DNA of 64,000 bases from Kiritimatiellia bacterium (GCA_051884805.1 JBJEWA010000010.1:3901-67900); one strand, 5' to 3'; positions 17,370 to 27,176 are shown, counted from the stretch's first letter. Notes: generated by a model from the sequence alone, not told the origin. Numbers and translations are program-made.

Positions 17370-19018
17370 ACGTGCGCAAGGCGATCGTCCTGGCGGCGGG
17401 ACACGGCACGCGCTTGCGCCCCTTCACGTGCGCGACGCCGAAGCCGCTGCTGCCGGTCTGGGGCGAGCCGATGCTCGGGCGCATCGTCGAGCTGCTGCGC
17501 GGCTGGGGGGTCAGCGACATCGCGTTCAACTCCCACTGCCTGCACGAGCAGGTAAAGTCCTGGGCGGAAGGCTATCGGCGCGGCGCCGCTGCGGCCGGCG
17601 ACCGAGTGAAGGTCAAGGTCAGCTACGAGCCGGAGATCCTTGGCACCGGCGGCGTGCTCAATCCGCTGCGGGAATGGATCGGCGACGAGCCGTTTTACCT
17701 CGTCAACGGCGACGTTGTCGTTGAGAACGCGCCGAATCCCCTTGCGAAGATCCGCAACTTCGACTCGCCGAGCGTCATCGGCTGCGGGCTGGTGGGCGAG
17801 AGCGGTCCGCGGACGATCGAGGTCGAGCCCGAGACGGGGTTCGTGACCTGCTGGCGGAGTCCCGACGCGGGCCTTGACGGGACGTACACCTTCTGCGGCA
17901 TTTCCGTCTTCAAGCCCGAGATCCTGCAGTACGTGGAGCCGTCGGGCTTCTCCTCGATCGTCACGGCGCTCGAGAAGGCGATGATGGCGGGCAAGTTCCT
18001 CAAGGCCGTCAGGAGCCGCGAGATGCTGTGGGCGGATGCGGGGACGATTCCCAGCTACATCGACCTGAACCGGGACGGCGACGACAACGCGTTTTCCGGC
18101 TTTCCGCAGGTGCGGGCGGCCCAGGAGGCGGTCGGTTCCGCAGGCGCCGTGTCGTTTCTCGGGGCGCGCGGCAGCGAGCGCGTCTTCTTCCGCTGCGACA
18201 AGGGCGTCATCGTCCTGTACGACGACGGCAATCGCGACGAGAACGGGCTTTATGCCGGGCATGCGCGCTTCCTGAAGCGCAAGGGCATTCCCGTTCCCGA
18301 CGTCCTGGCCGACCTGACGGCGATCAAGACGCTGGTCCTCGGCGATGCCGGGTCCGAGCGCAAGATGTCCCTTGAAGAGTATGCGGCCGTGGTGAAGGTC
18401 CTGGCGCGGTTCAATGCGCTGGGCGACGATCCCGAGCTGGCGACGCTCGACCTGTTGCCGGAGTTTGACGCGGATACGTGGCGGTGGGAGCGGGAACTCT
18501 TCCGCAAGCACTGCCTGGGCTCGCGTTTCCGGACCGACCTGCCGGACGCCGTCGGGGCGGAGCTGGAGCACGTGGCCGAAGTCCTCGCCGGGGAGCCGAA
18601 GGCGCTGGTGCACCGCGACTTCCAGTCGACGAACGTGCTGTGGAGGGGGAACGAGCTGACGCTGATCGACTTTCAGGGCATGCGGCTCGGGCCGGCGGCC
18701 TACGATCTCGCGTCGCTGGTCTACGACCCCTATGTCACGCTTGCGGACCGGCAGCGCGAGGCTCTCGTCGCCCTCTACGCGAAGGAGTCGGGGCGGGCGG
18801 ACATCGCGCAGGTCCTGCCGTTGGCGGCGGTGCAGCGCCTGGCGCAGTGCCTCGGCGCCTACGGGCGCCTCGCCTCCGTCGGGCAGCCGCAGTTCGGCAA
18901 GTACGTCTTGCCGGCGCTGGAGAACCTGCTGGCCGCGGCGGACCTGGCCGGCCTCGACGCGACGGGGGCGATGGCCGAAGAACTGATTGCCCGCTGTTCC
19001 CACGGACACTGTCACTGA
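17366..19018 (+). CDS. Fusion of sugar-1-phosphate nucleotidyltransferase (MurU-like) and APH-fold sugar kinase (AmgK-like)
   Basis: ATG 17366 overlaps the upstream stop (ATGA). N-terminus AIVLAAGHGTRLRPFTCATPKPLLPV. C-terminus LVHRDFQSTNVLW and LIDFQGMRLGPAAYDLASL, typical of the AmgK/aminoglycoside-phosphotransferase fold. Confidence 0.7.
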   Translation: MNVRKAIVLAAGHGTRLRPFTCATPKPLLPVWGEPMLGRIVELLRGWGVSDIAFNSHCLHEQVKSWAEGYRRGAAAAGDRVKVKVSYEPEILGTGGVLNPLREWIGDEPFYLVNGDVVVENAPNPLAKIRNFDSPSVIGCGLVGESGPRTIEVEPETGFVTCWRSPDAGLDGTYTFCGISVFKPEILQYVEPSGFSSIVTALEKAMMAGKFLKAVRSREMLWADAGTIPSYIDLNRDGDDNAFSGFPQVRAAQEAVGSAGAVSFLGARGSERVFFRCDKGVIVLYDDGNRDENGLYAGHARFLKRKGIPVPDVLADLTAIKTLVLGDAGSERKMSLEEYAAVVKVLARFNALGDDPELATLDLLPEFDADTWRWERELFRKHCLGSRFRTDLPDAVGAELEHVAEVLAGEPKALVHRDFQSTNVLWRGNELTLIDFQGMRLGPAAYDLASLVYDPYVTLADRQREALVALYAKESGRADIAQVLPLAAVQRLAQCLGAYGRLASVGQPQFGKYVLPALENLLAAADLAGLDATGAMAEELIARCSHGHCH

Positions 19019-21090
19019 TGTCCGTCGTCCGCCAGTTCCTCAGCCGCATCCGGACCCAGGGCGTCCGGCGCCGGGAAGTCGTGCGAACGACGTTTCTGGG
19101 GCGCGAACGCTCGTTCGAGGCCTATGACGTGGGGACGGACACGTTCATCTTCGAGAAGGGTGTCGAACGGCATCTGAAGGAGCATCCGAGCGTGCTCCTG
19201 GTCGAGAAGCGGCACCTTCGCCTGCGGGCGAAGGGCCGGGTGATGACGGTGTCGACGGGCAACCATGCGGTGGCGGCCCTCCCGCTGATGGACGGCCGGT
19301 TCTGGAAGCTGTCGTGCCTGCCGTCCGACCGGTGCAGCGCCGTCCTGCTGAAGAACATCCTCTGCGCCAACGTCGTGGGAGACACGCTGGAGCTGTCGCA
19401 GCGCGATGTCGGAACGGCGGATCTCGTTTCCAGCGACGCCTGGCTGACGGAGACCGTCGGCTTCTCGCCACGCGACGTGGTGATGGCCGAGCGGAACGAG
19501 GCGACGCTCGACCACTACCGGCATCGCGGCGAGGAATGGCGCGTGAAGCCGCTGGCCTGGACGGAGGGCGAGATGCGGGCGGCGCTGGCCGCCTCCCGCA
19601 AGCGAATCGACTCGAAGCTCTGCTACTACCATTCGGCCCGCGGCGTCCATTTCCTCACCTGCGCGGAGTTCTTCCGCTTCGCCGCGCTGGCGGAGACCGA
19701 GCCGGAGGCGTTCGTCCGGGGCCTGCGGGAGCTGGTCGGCGTCTACGAGGGCAACGCCAGTTCCTTCGTCCGCATGCCCAAGCACCGCGGCCACCATGAG
19801 ATCGAGTTCTTCGGCTTGCGCCGCGGCGTCGCGCTGCAGCGGCTCGTCCCCGAGGCGGAAAGCATGATGGCGGACATCGAACACGGGCGGACGGGCCAGC
19901 TGGGAATCATCCAGCGGGCGCAGGAGATCGCGTCCCTGTACCGCTCCCTCCTGACGCATCCGGACCTGGCGGACGAGACGTCCAGGCAGTTTGCGGAAAT
20001 GCTCTACATGTGCATCACCGGCGAGGTCTACGCCGTGGTCGGGGAGGGCCAGACGCTGGCTTTCGACGACCGCCGGACGGCGTTGCCGGGGGCCACGTTC
20101 GTCGGCGGGCGGCCGGTCCTCCATCCCGGTGCGGACGACCGGACGGAAGTCCTGCTGTCGAACCTGCGCGGCCTGATGTCGAAGGACGAGCTCATCGAGT
20201 ACGCGAACGTCTACGAGCTCCGCGCCGACGACTCGACCGAGCCGCTGGGCAAGGGACAGACGCGCGAAGTCGTCTACAAGACCAACTTCCGTCCGCTTGA
20301 GAACTCGCTGATCGAGAAGCGGCTGTCCCGCACGCTGCCGGGCTACGGTTCCTACGTGATGGCGCGCATCGGCGCGCTCCGTGCGCTCGGCATTTCCCTG
20401 AGCGACTACTACCTGATGCTGCGGCGGCGGGCGGGAATGGGTCGCCGGCCGGGCGAATACTACATCCGCCGGCGGTGCGAAGGCGAGCCGATGGACGCCA
20501 TCCCCGCGACCTATTTCCGCAGTTCCGAGGACGCCGCCGTCGAGGATGCGGAGGTGGTCCTGGCGCTGGCGGCCCTGATGGGCGACGCGGCGGCGCAGAA
20601 CATGGCGATGAAGAAGTACGATCCCGCGTCGAACACTCCGCTCTACGGCGTCGGCAAGGAGATCTACGAGTTCGAATACGACATCGTCCACGAGCGCGTG
20701 GTGCCGAAGAAGGTGTCCACCTGCTCGATTCGCGGCAGCTTCGGCTGGCCGTCGCGGGAGTATACGGAAGCGAATCTGGACGCCATCGCCCGCTTCTACC
20801 TCGGCCATTACGCGACGGCGCTGAAGGCCTACCAGCGGCAGCATCCGACGGTTCCCCTGACGGATCTCGCCCGGCGGTTCATGGACGGATTCGAGTTTCG
20901 GACGCATGCGCTGGAATGGCAGCTTTCGGTCATGCGCGACCGCTTCGAGCCCTTTTGTCCCGACGTGCCGGCGCGCTACGAGTTCGCCGACACGTGGCGG
21001 TTCGTCATGTGGTCGCTGGAACGGCAGGGCCGTCGGCTGCCGGCCCTGCGCCGCCTGTTCGGGGAAATCCTCCAGCAGGAGTCCTGCTGA
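19018..21090 (+). CDS. Hypothetical 690-aa protein with kinase-like C-terminal motifs
   Basis: ATG 19018 overlaps the upstream stop (TGATG). Coding-like throughout. C-terminal half has LGKGQTREVVYKT, GDAAAQN and IYEFEYD segments. Function unknown. Confidence 0.65.
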   Translation: MSVVRQFLSRIRTQGVRRREVVRTTFLGRERSFEAYDVGTDTFIFEKGVERHLKEHPSVLLVEKRHLRLRAKGRVMTVSTGNHAVAALPLMDGRFWKLSCLPSDRCSAVLLKNILCANVVGDTLELSQRDVGTADLVSSDAWLTETVGFSPRDVVMAERNEATLDHYRHRGEEWRVKPLAWTEGEMRAALAASRKRIDSKLCYYHSARGVHFLTCAEFFRFAALAETEPEAFVRGLRELVGVYEGNASSFVRMPKHRGHHEIEFFGLRRGVALQRLVPEAESMMADIEHGRTGQLGIIQRAQEIASLYRSLLTHPDLADETSRQFAEMLYMCITGEVYAVVGEGQTLAFDDRRTALPGATFVGGRPVLHPGADDRTEVLLSNLRGLMSKDELIEYANVYELRADDSTEPLGKGQTREVVYKTNFRPLENSLIEKRLSRTLPGYGSYVMARIGALRALGISLSDYYLMLRRRAGMGRRPGEYYIRRRCEGEPMDAIPATYFRSSEDAAVEDAEVVLALAALMGDAAAQNMAMKKYDPASNTPLYGVGKEIYEFEYDIVHERVVPKKVSTCSIRGSFGWPSREYTEANLDAIARFYLGHYATALKAYQRQHPTVPLTDLARRFMDGFEFRTHALEWQLSVMRDRFEPFCPDVPARYEFADTWRFVMWSLERQGRRLPALRRLFGEILQQESC

Positions 21091-21126
21091 GGGACAACTC
21101 CCCTCGGGGGCGGACGGAGACGGCGA

Positions 21127-21837
21127 ATGGCGGGCGAGACGGTGCGAACGGAGGCGATTTGCCTGGACATCCGCCCGTGGTCGCGGACCAGCCATGTCGT
21201 CACCTGGCTGGCGCCGGAAGGCAGGATCGCGTCGGTGGCCAAGGGCGCGGTCCGCCCCAAGAGCCCGTTCCTCGGGCAGTACGACCTCAACTACACCTGC
21301 GACATCGTCTACTACGCGCGCGCGAAAGGCGACCTCCATGTCCTGCGCGAGTGTGCGCCGGTCGAGCTGCGCGACGGCCTGCGGTCCGACTACCGGGCGC
21401 TGGCGCTCGCGGGCTATTTCCGCCGGCTCGTCCTCGACCTGGCGCCGTCCGGGCCGGACTGCCAGGCCTGGTACGCGCTGCTGTCGCGGGCGCTCTCGTC
21501 GTCCGACCATGGCGTGCCGGCGCTGCTGCGCTTCGAGCTGGACGTCCTGCGCCTGTCGGGGCTGGCGCCGGACTTCTCCGGCTATGACCGTCAGGCGGAA
21601 TGGTCCGCGTTTTCCGTCGGAACCGGATCCTTCGGCGCCGACGGGGGCCGCTGCATCCGCGTGGCGCGTCCGACGGCGGAATACCTGAACCGGCCGGAGG
21701 CTGCGCCCGGGAATCCTCAGATCCCCCTTGACGCGGCAAGGGTGATTGGTGTATTCTATCAGTTCCACGTGGACTGCGCTTCTGACGTGCGGAGGACGGT
21801 TCTCGGGATGATTTCGAAAACGAAGGGAAAAGGTTGA
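21127..21837 (+). CDS. recO: DNA repair protein RecO
   Basis: The N-terminal OB-fold region (EAICLDIRPWSRTSHVVTWLAPEGRIASVAKGAVRPKSPF) and the length fit RecO. Confidence 0.8.
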   Translation: MAGETVRTEAICLDIRPWSRTSHVVTWLAPEGRIASVAKGAVRPKSPFLGQYDLNYTCDIVYYARAKGDLHVLRECAPVELRDGLRSDYRALALAGYFRRLVLDLAPSGPDCQAWYALLSRALSSSDHGVPALLRFELDVLRLSGLAPDFSGYDRQAEWSAFSVGTGSFGADGGRCIRVARPTAEYLNRPEAAPGNPQIPLDAARVIGVFYQFHVDCASDVRRTVLGMISKTKGKG

Positions 21838-21839
21838 TT

Positions 21840-22952
21840 ATGAACGTCAAGATGCTTGGTGCGGCGGTTCTCGCCGGTGCGATGGTGGCCGGCTGCGGTC
21901 GGGAAAACGGGGGGCAGGAGGCGGACGTGATGGCCGTTTCCGTCAACGGCGAGGCGCTGATGCAGAGCAAGATCGACGCCGACGTCGAGCTGATCGTCAA
22001 GGCGCAGGGAAGCCGGTTCCCGGCGGACAGGCTGGAATACGTGAAGCAGTCGATCGCCAACCAGCTCGTCCAGAGCTTCATCGTCGAGCGCGTTCTCGTC
22101 GCCAAGGCGAAGGCCGACGGCTTCACCGTTACCGACGCCGACCGCAAGGCGCGCAGCGAGGAGTTTCTCAAGGCGACGGCGAAGATGCCCGATGCGCCGA
22201 AGTCCGTCGAGGAATACTTCCGGAAGTTCCCCCTGGGCGAGGAGCGCGCGCGCGCCGAGTTCGAGCACGGCATCCTCATCGACAAGATGATCAAGGCCGA
22301 GCAGGCCAAGGCGCCGGCGAAGGACTATGCGGCCGAGGCGAAGCGCGTCATCGACAACATCGTGTCGAACAACGCGGTGGCGAAGTCCGGCGAGGCCGAC
22401 TGCCTGAAGCGGATCCAGGGCCTGAAGGCCCAGCTCGACAAGGTTCCGGCGGCCGAACTCGCCCAGAAGTTCGCCGAGCTGGCGAAGGCGAATTCCGCCT
22501 GCCCGTCGTCCCAGAAGGGCGGCGATCTCGGCGAGTTCACCCACGGCCAGATGGTGAAGGAGTTCGACGAGGTCGCCTTCAAGCTCCCGGTCAACAAGGT
22601 GTCCGATCCGGTCAGGACGCAGTTCGGCTATCACCTCGTGATGGTGACGAAGAAGGTGCCCGCCGTCGAGGCGAAGGGCGACAAGCCCGCCGAACCCGAG
22701 AAGGTGCAGGCCAGCCATATTCTCCTGAAGGCCGGCAACGTGCAGGAGGTGCCGAAGCAGGAAGACGTGATCCAGCGCCTCCAGAAGCAGAACGAGCGTT
22801 CCTTCATGCAGGAGTTCATCCAGAAGCAGATTAGGGCCGCCAAGCTTGAGGCCAGCGAAGACTACAAGCGGTTCCTGCCGGTCGAGGAGCCGCCGGCTTG
22901 CGCGGACGGTCCGGACTGCCAGCACCCGGTTGAAAAGCCCGCCGGGAAATGA
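21840..22952 (+). CDS. Parvulin-type peptidyl-prolyl isomerase lipoprotein (SurA/PrsA-like)
   Basis: Lipobox LAGAMVAGCG. PPIC domain GGDLGEFTHGQMVKEFDEVAF ... FGYHLV. Confidence 0.8.
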   Translation: MNVKMLGAAVLAGAMVAGCGRENGGQEADVMAVSVNGEALMQSKIDADVELIVKAQGSRFPADRLEYVKQSIANQLVQSFIVERVLVAKAKADGFTVTDADRKARSEEFLKATAKMPDAPKSVEEYFRKFPLGEERARAEFEHGILIDKMIKAEQAKAPAKDYAAEAKRVIDNIVSNNAVAKSGEADCLKRIQGLKAQLDKVPAAELAQKFAELAKANSACPSSQKGGDLGEFTHGQMVKEFDEVAFKLPVNKVSDPVRTQFGYHLVMVTKKVPAVEAKGDKPAEPEKVQASHILLKAGNVQEVPKQEDVIQRLQKQNERSFMQEFIQKQIRAAKLEASEDYKRFLPVEEPPACADGPDCQHPVEKPAGK

Positions 22953-22958
22953 TATAAT
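22930..22958 (+). promoter_or_regulatory. Promoter TTGAAA-N17-TGaTATAAT
   Basis: -35 at 22930-22935, -10 at 22953-22958. About 23-nt leader with AAAGGAAAAAG before ATG 22988. Confidence 0.55.
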
Positions 22959-22987
22959 ACGCGCCCGTTGAAAGGAAAAAGCAGACA

Positions 22988-23143
22988 ATGAGCCAGCATG
23001 CATCTCTTAGGGGTTCCGGTAAGATCACTTCCAGGCGCAACGTCCTGAAGCGCTTCGAGCGCGTGGACCTGCTCCAGAAGCGCGGGGAGTGGAAGGAAGG
23101 CTGCCGCGGCCTCGGTCTCAAGAAGACCAAGCCCGAAGCCTGA
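22988..23143 (+). CDS. PVC-type small basic protein (51 aa)
   Basis: Not in the ORF track because it is under 60 aa. MSQHASLRGSGKITSRRNVLKRFERVDLLQKRGEWKEGCRGLGLKKTKPEA resembles the 'small basic protein' family of Planctomycetes/Verrucomicrobia. It has its own promoter and terminator. Confidence 0.7.
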   Translation: MSQHASLRGSGKITSRRNVLKRFERVDLLQKRGEWKEGCRGLGLKKTKPEA

Positions 23144-23165
23144 CCTGTGGCTCCAGCATCGAAAG

Positions 23166-23191
23166 GAAGCGCCTGGTCGTCCAGGCGCTTC
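23166..23191. terminator. Bidirectional hairpin terminator between convergent genes
   Basis: GAAGCGCCTGG-TCGT-CCAGGCGCTTC is a perfect 11-bp stem, followed by CTTTGC. Confidence 0.6.
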
Positions 23192-23237
23192 TTTGCTATG
23201 TTCCCGGCCGTTGCGGCCGGATTCTCCGCCGGGCGGT

Positions 23238-24440
23238 TCAGTCGCCGCGCCCGGCAATCACCAGCGGACCGGTCAGCAGGCCGTGGTCGGCTTTGGTGAC
23301 CCGGACCCTGACGAGCGCCTTTCGCGACGAGACGCCGATGGCTTCGCAGGGCAGGTATTCAGACGTCCAGCCACGGCACTTCCCGGCGTCTTCGACGACG
23401 ATCTCGACGGTTTTCCCGACAAACGACCGCGCGAACTTCCGTCGCATCCTGCCGACTGTCTGCGAAAGCTCGTGCGCCCGGCGGGAGCGGATTTCCGCCG
23501 GCACCGCGTTGGGGAAGGCGACGGCCAGCGTCCCCTGCCGCTCCGAATAGGGAAAGACGTGCGCGTTGGAGAAGGGATGCCGCTTGAGCAGGCCTTTCGT
23601 CGCCAGGAAGTCGAGATCGCTTTCGTCCGGGAAGCCGGTCATCAGGTCGCAGCCAAGTCCGAGTCCGGGCATCAGGCGCGTCGCCGTCTCGACGGCCTCG
23701 TCGATGTCGCGGATCGTATAGGGCCTGCGCATGGCCTTGAGGACGCGCAGCGAGCCGGACTGGATCGGCAGATGCAGGAAGCGGCAGACGTTTTTCGCGC
23801 CGGCCATCGCATGAATCGTCTCCAGGGCGCAGGGGCCGGGTTCGACGGACCCGAGGCGGATGCGGCAGGCTGCGTCCACCTGCGACAGGGCCTGCACCAG
23901 GTCCGGCAGGCGCTTCCCCTGCGAGGCGTAGAGCGCCAGGTTGCAGCCGGTGACGACGATTTCGCGGTAGCCGGCCTCGACAAAGCGCTTGGCCGTGTCG
24001 AGCGTCTCGGAAAAGTCGACCGACTTGGACGCGCCGCGAAAGCTGGGGACGATGCAGAACGTGCAGTTTCCGCTGCAGCCGTCCTGGACCTTCAGGTAGG
24101 CTCGCGCCGTGCGCGTCGGCAGGGGCGTGGGGCCGACGGCGACGCGCGTCGGCAAAGGCCGGCGTGCGGCGGCGGTGCGCGCTCCGCCGGTCGCCGCCTG
24201 GTCCTTGAGACAGCCGCAGACGAGGACGGGGACGGTCGGATGATGACGCCGCAGGCGGGCGATCAGCTTTTCGCAGTCGTGCTGCGCACGGGCGGTTACG
24301 CTGCAGCCCCGCACGACGAACAGGTCGGCGCGGGAATGGTCCGTCGTCAGCTCCCAGCCTCTGGACAGGTATTCCGCCTCCATCTGCAGGGCCTCGGCCC
24401 TGTTCAGACGACAGCCAAAGGTCTCGAAGCAGACGCGCAT
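23238..24440 (-). CDS. mtaB: MiaB/RimO-family radical SAM methylthiotransferase (MtaB-like)
   Basis: N-terminal Cys triad (FGCRLN, GCSVT, CGCL), radical SAM CSGNCTFC, and a C-terminal TRAM-like segment. Confidence 0.75.
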   Translation of the reverse strand: MRVCFETFGCRLNRAEALQMEAEYLSRGWELTTDHSRADLFVVRGCSVTARAQHDCEKLIARLRRHHPTVPVLVCGCLKDQAATGGARTAAARRPLPTRVAVGPTPLPTRTARAYLKVQDGCSGNCTFCIVPSFRGASKSVDFSETLDTAKRFVEAGYREIVVTGCNLALYASQGKRLPDLVQALSQVDAACRIRLGSVEPGPCALETIHAMAGAKNVCRFLHLPIQSGSLRVLKAMRRPYTIRDIDEAVETATRLMPGLGLGCDLMTGFPDESDLDFLATKGLLKRHPFSNAHVFPYSERQGTLAVAFPNAVPAEIRSRRAHELSQTVGRMRRKFARSFVGKTVEIVVEDAGKCRGWTSEYLPCEAIGVSSRKALVRVRVTKADHGLLTGPLVIAGRGD

Positions 24441-24459
24441 GGACGGGGTCGGAAGCGGT

Positions 24460-25209
24460 TCAGCCCTCGGGGATGACGATGAGCAGCACGAGGTTCGTCA
24501 GGTTGAAGAGGGCATGGTTCAGCATCGGGCACCAAAGCCGTTCGGTCTTCCGATAGAGCCAGCACTGGGCGAGCCCGAAGAAGAAAAGCGCGATGAAAGC
24601 CGCATCCGGCCAGGGCTGTGCGATGTAGTGCGCGGCGGAGAAGAGCGCGGCTGAAAACACGTACAGGATCGTGATTGACAGCTTGCCGATCAATCGACAG
24701 ACAAAGGTTCTCAAGACATATTCGACGACCGCGAAGCCGACGAGGGCCAGGCCGTAGCAGAGCCAGGGGGTGCTGCTGGGGAACGAGGCCAGGACCAAGG
24801 CCCTTACGCCGGGCGCAAACGCCAGAAGCGCACCGCCTGTCAGGAGGGCAGCCGTCGGCAGCAGCATGTAGGCCAGGTTTTGCAGAGAAAGCGGAAGCAG
24901 ATTGCGCCGAAAAATGAAATGCCGGAAGTAGATCTCCTCCAGCACCGGCATGATGACCAGGATCTGAAGCACGAGCAAAAGGGCGGTCAGAAGGTGCTTA
25001 AGCGAGGCAAAGACCTGCGCCAGGCACTGGCGTACGCTCTCAACATTCTGTTGGTCGGGCAATTCGACGCCGAACCATTTCGCGACCGTCTGCGTCAGAA
25101 AGCAAAGGCCGATGGTCGCAAGCGCGATCACCGGCCAGGCCCTGAGCGTGAGCTTGAGCGGCGAAACCGACGTGAGCGGGGCGCCTGCGTCTGCTGTCTC
25201 CCGGCTCAT
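24460..25209 (-). CDS. CPBP family intramembrane glutamic endopeptidase
   Basis: Motifs EEIYFRH, FSAAHY and HALFNL in a polytopic protein. Confidence 0.8.
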   Translation of the reverse strand: MSRETADAGAPLTSVSPLKLTLRAWPVIALATIGLCFLTQTVAKWFGVELPDQQNVESVRQCLAQVFASLKHLLTALLLVLQILVIMPVLEEIYFRHFIFRRNLLPLSLQNLAYMLLPTAALLTGGALLAFAPGVRALVLASFPSSTPWLCYGLALVGFAVVEYVLRTFVCRLIGKLSITILYVFSAALFSAAHYIAQPWPDAAFIALFFFGLAQCWLYRKTERLWCPMLNHALFNLTNLVLLIVIPEG

Positions 25210-25216
25210 GTCCCCT

Positions 25217-27025
25217 TCACCCCTCGGTTGGAGCGGCTTCGCTTCCCGAGCCCCTGATCTTGATGTGGAGTTCGCGGAGCTGCTGTTCGGTCACGCAGTT
25301 CGGCGCGTTCATCATCAGGTCCTGCGCCTTCTGGTTCATCGGGAAGGCGATGACCTCGCGGATGTTGGGCGTGTCGGCAAGCAGCATGACCATGCGGTCG
25401 ACGCCGGGCGCGATGCCGCCGTGCGGCGGCGCGCCAAACCTGAACGCATTGTAGAGGCAGCCGAACTTCTGCCGGACGACCTCCTTCGAATAGCCCGCGA
25501 TCTCGAACGCCTTCTCCATGATGTCGATGCGGTGGTTGCGGATCGCGCCCGAAGAGAGCTCGATGCCGTTGCAGACGACGTCGTACTGGAAGGCCTCGAT
25601 CGAGAGCGGCTCCTTCGTGGTCAGCGCCTCAAGCCCGCCCTGGGGCATCGAGAAGGGGTTGTGCGAGAAGATGATCTTGCCGGTCTCGGGATCCTTCTCG
25701 TAGAACGGGAAGTCCACGATCCAGCAGAAGCGGTAGCAGTTTCCCTCGCAGATCCTGTGCGTGAGATGGCTGGCGATGTCCTGGCGGACGAGGCCCGACA
25801 GCCGGTGGCACTCGTCGACGTCGGCCGCCATGAAGAAGAGCGCGTCGCCCGGCTCCATGCCGGCGAGCTGCTTCATCGCTTCAAGCTGCTCGGGCGAGAG
25901 GAACTTCGCGATCGGCCCCTTGAGCTCGCCTTCCTTCGTCCAGGAGATGTAGCCGAGGCCCTTGCCGCCGTTTTCCTTGACGAACGCCTCGCGCTTGTCG
26001 AACCACGTGCGCGTCTCGACGCCGACGATGCCCTTGACCAGCAGCCCCTTGACGAGGCCGCCGTTCGCCGCCGTGGCCGCGAACGCCTTGAAGTCGGACT
26101 TCGCGAAGAAGTCGCTCATGTCGAACCACTTGAGGGGGTTGCGGAGATCCGGCTTGTCCGACCCGTAGGTCATCAGCGCGTCGCGGTACTTGATGCGCGG
26201 CCACGGTGCGGCGTTGCAGCCCCAGGTCGAGAACTTCGCAAACGTCTTGCCGACGACGTCCTCGACGACGGCGAAGATCTCGTCCTGCGTGACGTAGCTC
26301 ATCTCGATGTCGAGCTGGTAGAACTCGCCCGGCGAACGGTCGGCGCGCGCTGCCTCGTCGCGGAAGCACGGCGCGATCTGGAAGTACTTGTCGAAGCCCG
26401 AGACCTGCAGCAGCTGCTTGAACATCTGCGGCGCCTGCGGCAGGGCGTAGAACATTCCGCGGTGGATGCGGCTCGGCACGAGGTAGTCGCGCGCTCCCTC
26501 GGGCGAGGAGGCCGTCAGGATCGGCGTCTGGAACTCGTTGAAGCCCTTGGCCCACATCTGCTCGCGCAGGAACCTGATGACCTGCGAACGGAGGACGAGG
26601 TTCCGGTGGAGCTTCTCGCGGCGGAGGTCGAGGAAGCGGTACTTGAGGCGCACGTCCTCCGACTCGTCGGCCTTCTCGTCGGGAACGTAGATGGGCGTCA
26701 CCTCGGAGGCGGACTCCATGACGAGCTCGTTGGCCTCGATCTCGATCTCGCCGGTCGGCAGGTCGGGGTTGATCGTGTCGGCCGTGCGGAGCTTCACCTC
26801 GCCCGTCACCGTGATCACGGACTCGAGGTGGGCCTTTTCGACGAGGCCGAAGAAGCTGCGCGACGGATGGACGACGATCTGGGTAAGACCGTAGTGGTCG
26901 CGGAGATCGACGAAGAGGATGCCGCCGTGGTCGCGGAGCCGGAACATCCAGCCGGAAAGCCTGACGGTCTTGCCCGCGTCTGCCGCGCGGAGTTCGTTGC
27001 ACGTATGGGTACGATAGGGATGCAT
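25217..27025 (-). CDS. aspS: Aspartate-tRNA ligase
   Basis: Class II aaRS motifs [29 protein letters not shown] and [12 protein letters not shown]. 602 aa. Confidence 0.95.
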   Translation of the reverse strand: MHPYRTHTCNELRAADAGKTVRLSGWMFRLRDHGGILFVDLRDHYGLTQIVVHPSRSFFGLVEKAHLESVITVTGEVKLRTADTINPDLPTGEIEIEANELVMESASEVTPIYVPDEKADESEDVRLKYRFLDLRREKLHRNLVLRSQVIRFLREQMWAKGFNEFQTPILTASSPEGARDYLVPSRIHRGMFYALPQAPQMFKQLLQVSGFDKYFQIAPCFRDEAARADRSPGEFYQLDIEMSYVTQDEIFAVVEDVVGKTFAKFSTWGCNAAPWPRIKYRDALMTYGSDKPDLRNPLKWFDMSDFFAKSDFKAFAATAANGGLVKGLLVKGIVGVETRTWFDKREAFVKENGGKGLGYISWTKEGELKGPIAKFLSPEQLEAMKQLAGMEPGDALFFMAADVDECHRLSGLVRQDIASHLTHRICEGNCYRFCWIVDFPFYEKDPETGKIIFSHNPFSMPQGGLEALTTKEPLSIEAFQYDVVCNGIELSSGAIRNHRIDIMEKAFEIAGYSKEVVRQKFGCLYNAFRFGAPPHGGIAPGVDRMVMLLADTPNIREVIAFPMNQKAQDLMMNAPNCVTEQQLRELHIKIRGSGSEAAPTEG

Positions 27026-27050
27026 TGGTTCTCTCCTGAAAATCTGCGGT

Positions 27051-27059
27051 ATTATATCA
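27051..27059 (-). promoter_or_regulatory. Extended -10 element TGaTATAAT (minus strand) for aspS operon
   Basis: The reverse complement of 27049-27059 reads TGATATAATAC. About 20-nt leader with AGGAGAG before the aspS ATG. Confidence 0.5.
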
Positions 27060-27167
27060 TAAACCGGCAGGCGGAGGCGGGCGACGCCTTCCGGTTGCCG
27101 ATGGCTGCCGGTGGCGCGGTTTCCGTTCCGATTCCGCCGCGCCTGGCGCCTCTGTCCCTGAAAAAGA

Positions 27168-27176
27168 TGTTATAAT
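27168..27176 (+). promoter_or_regulatory. Extended -10 element TGtTATAAT
   Basis: It overlaps the track ORF start 27175, which argues for the downstream ATG 27226 as the true start. Confidence 0.45.

Noticed and set aside
27026-27050. T-box or other leader control upstream of aspS.
   Set aside because: The distance between the minus-strand -10 element and the aspS ATG is about 20 nt, far too short for a T-box.
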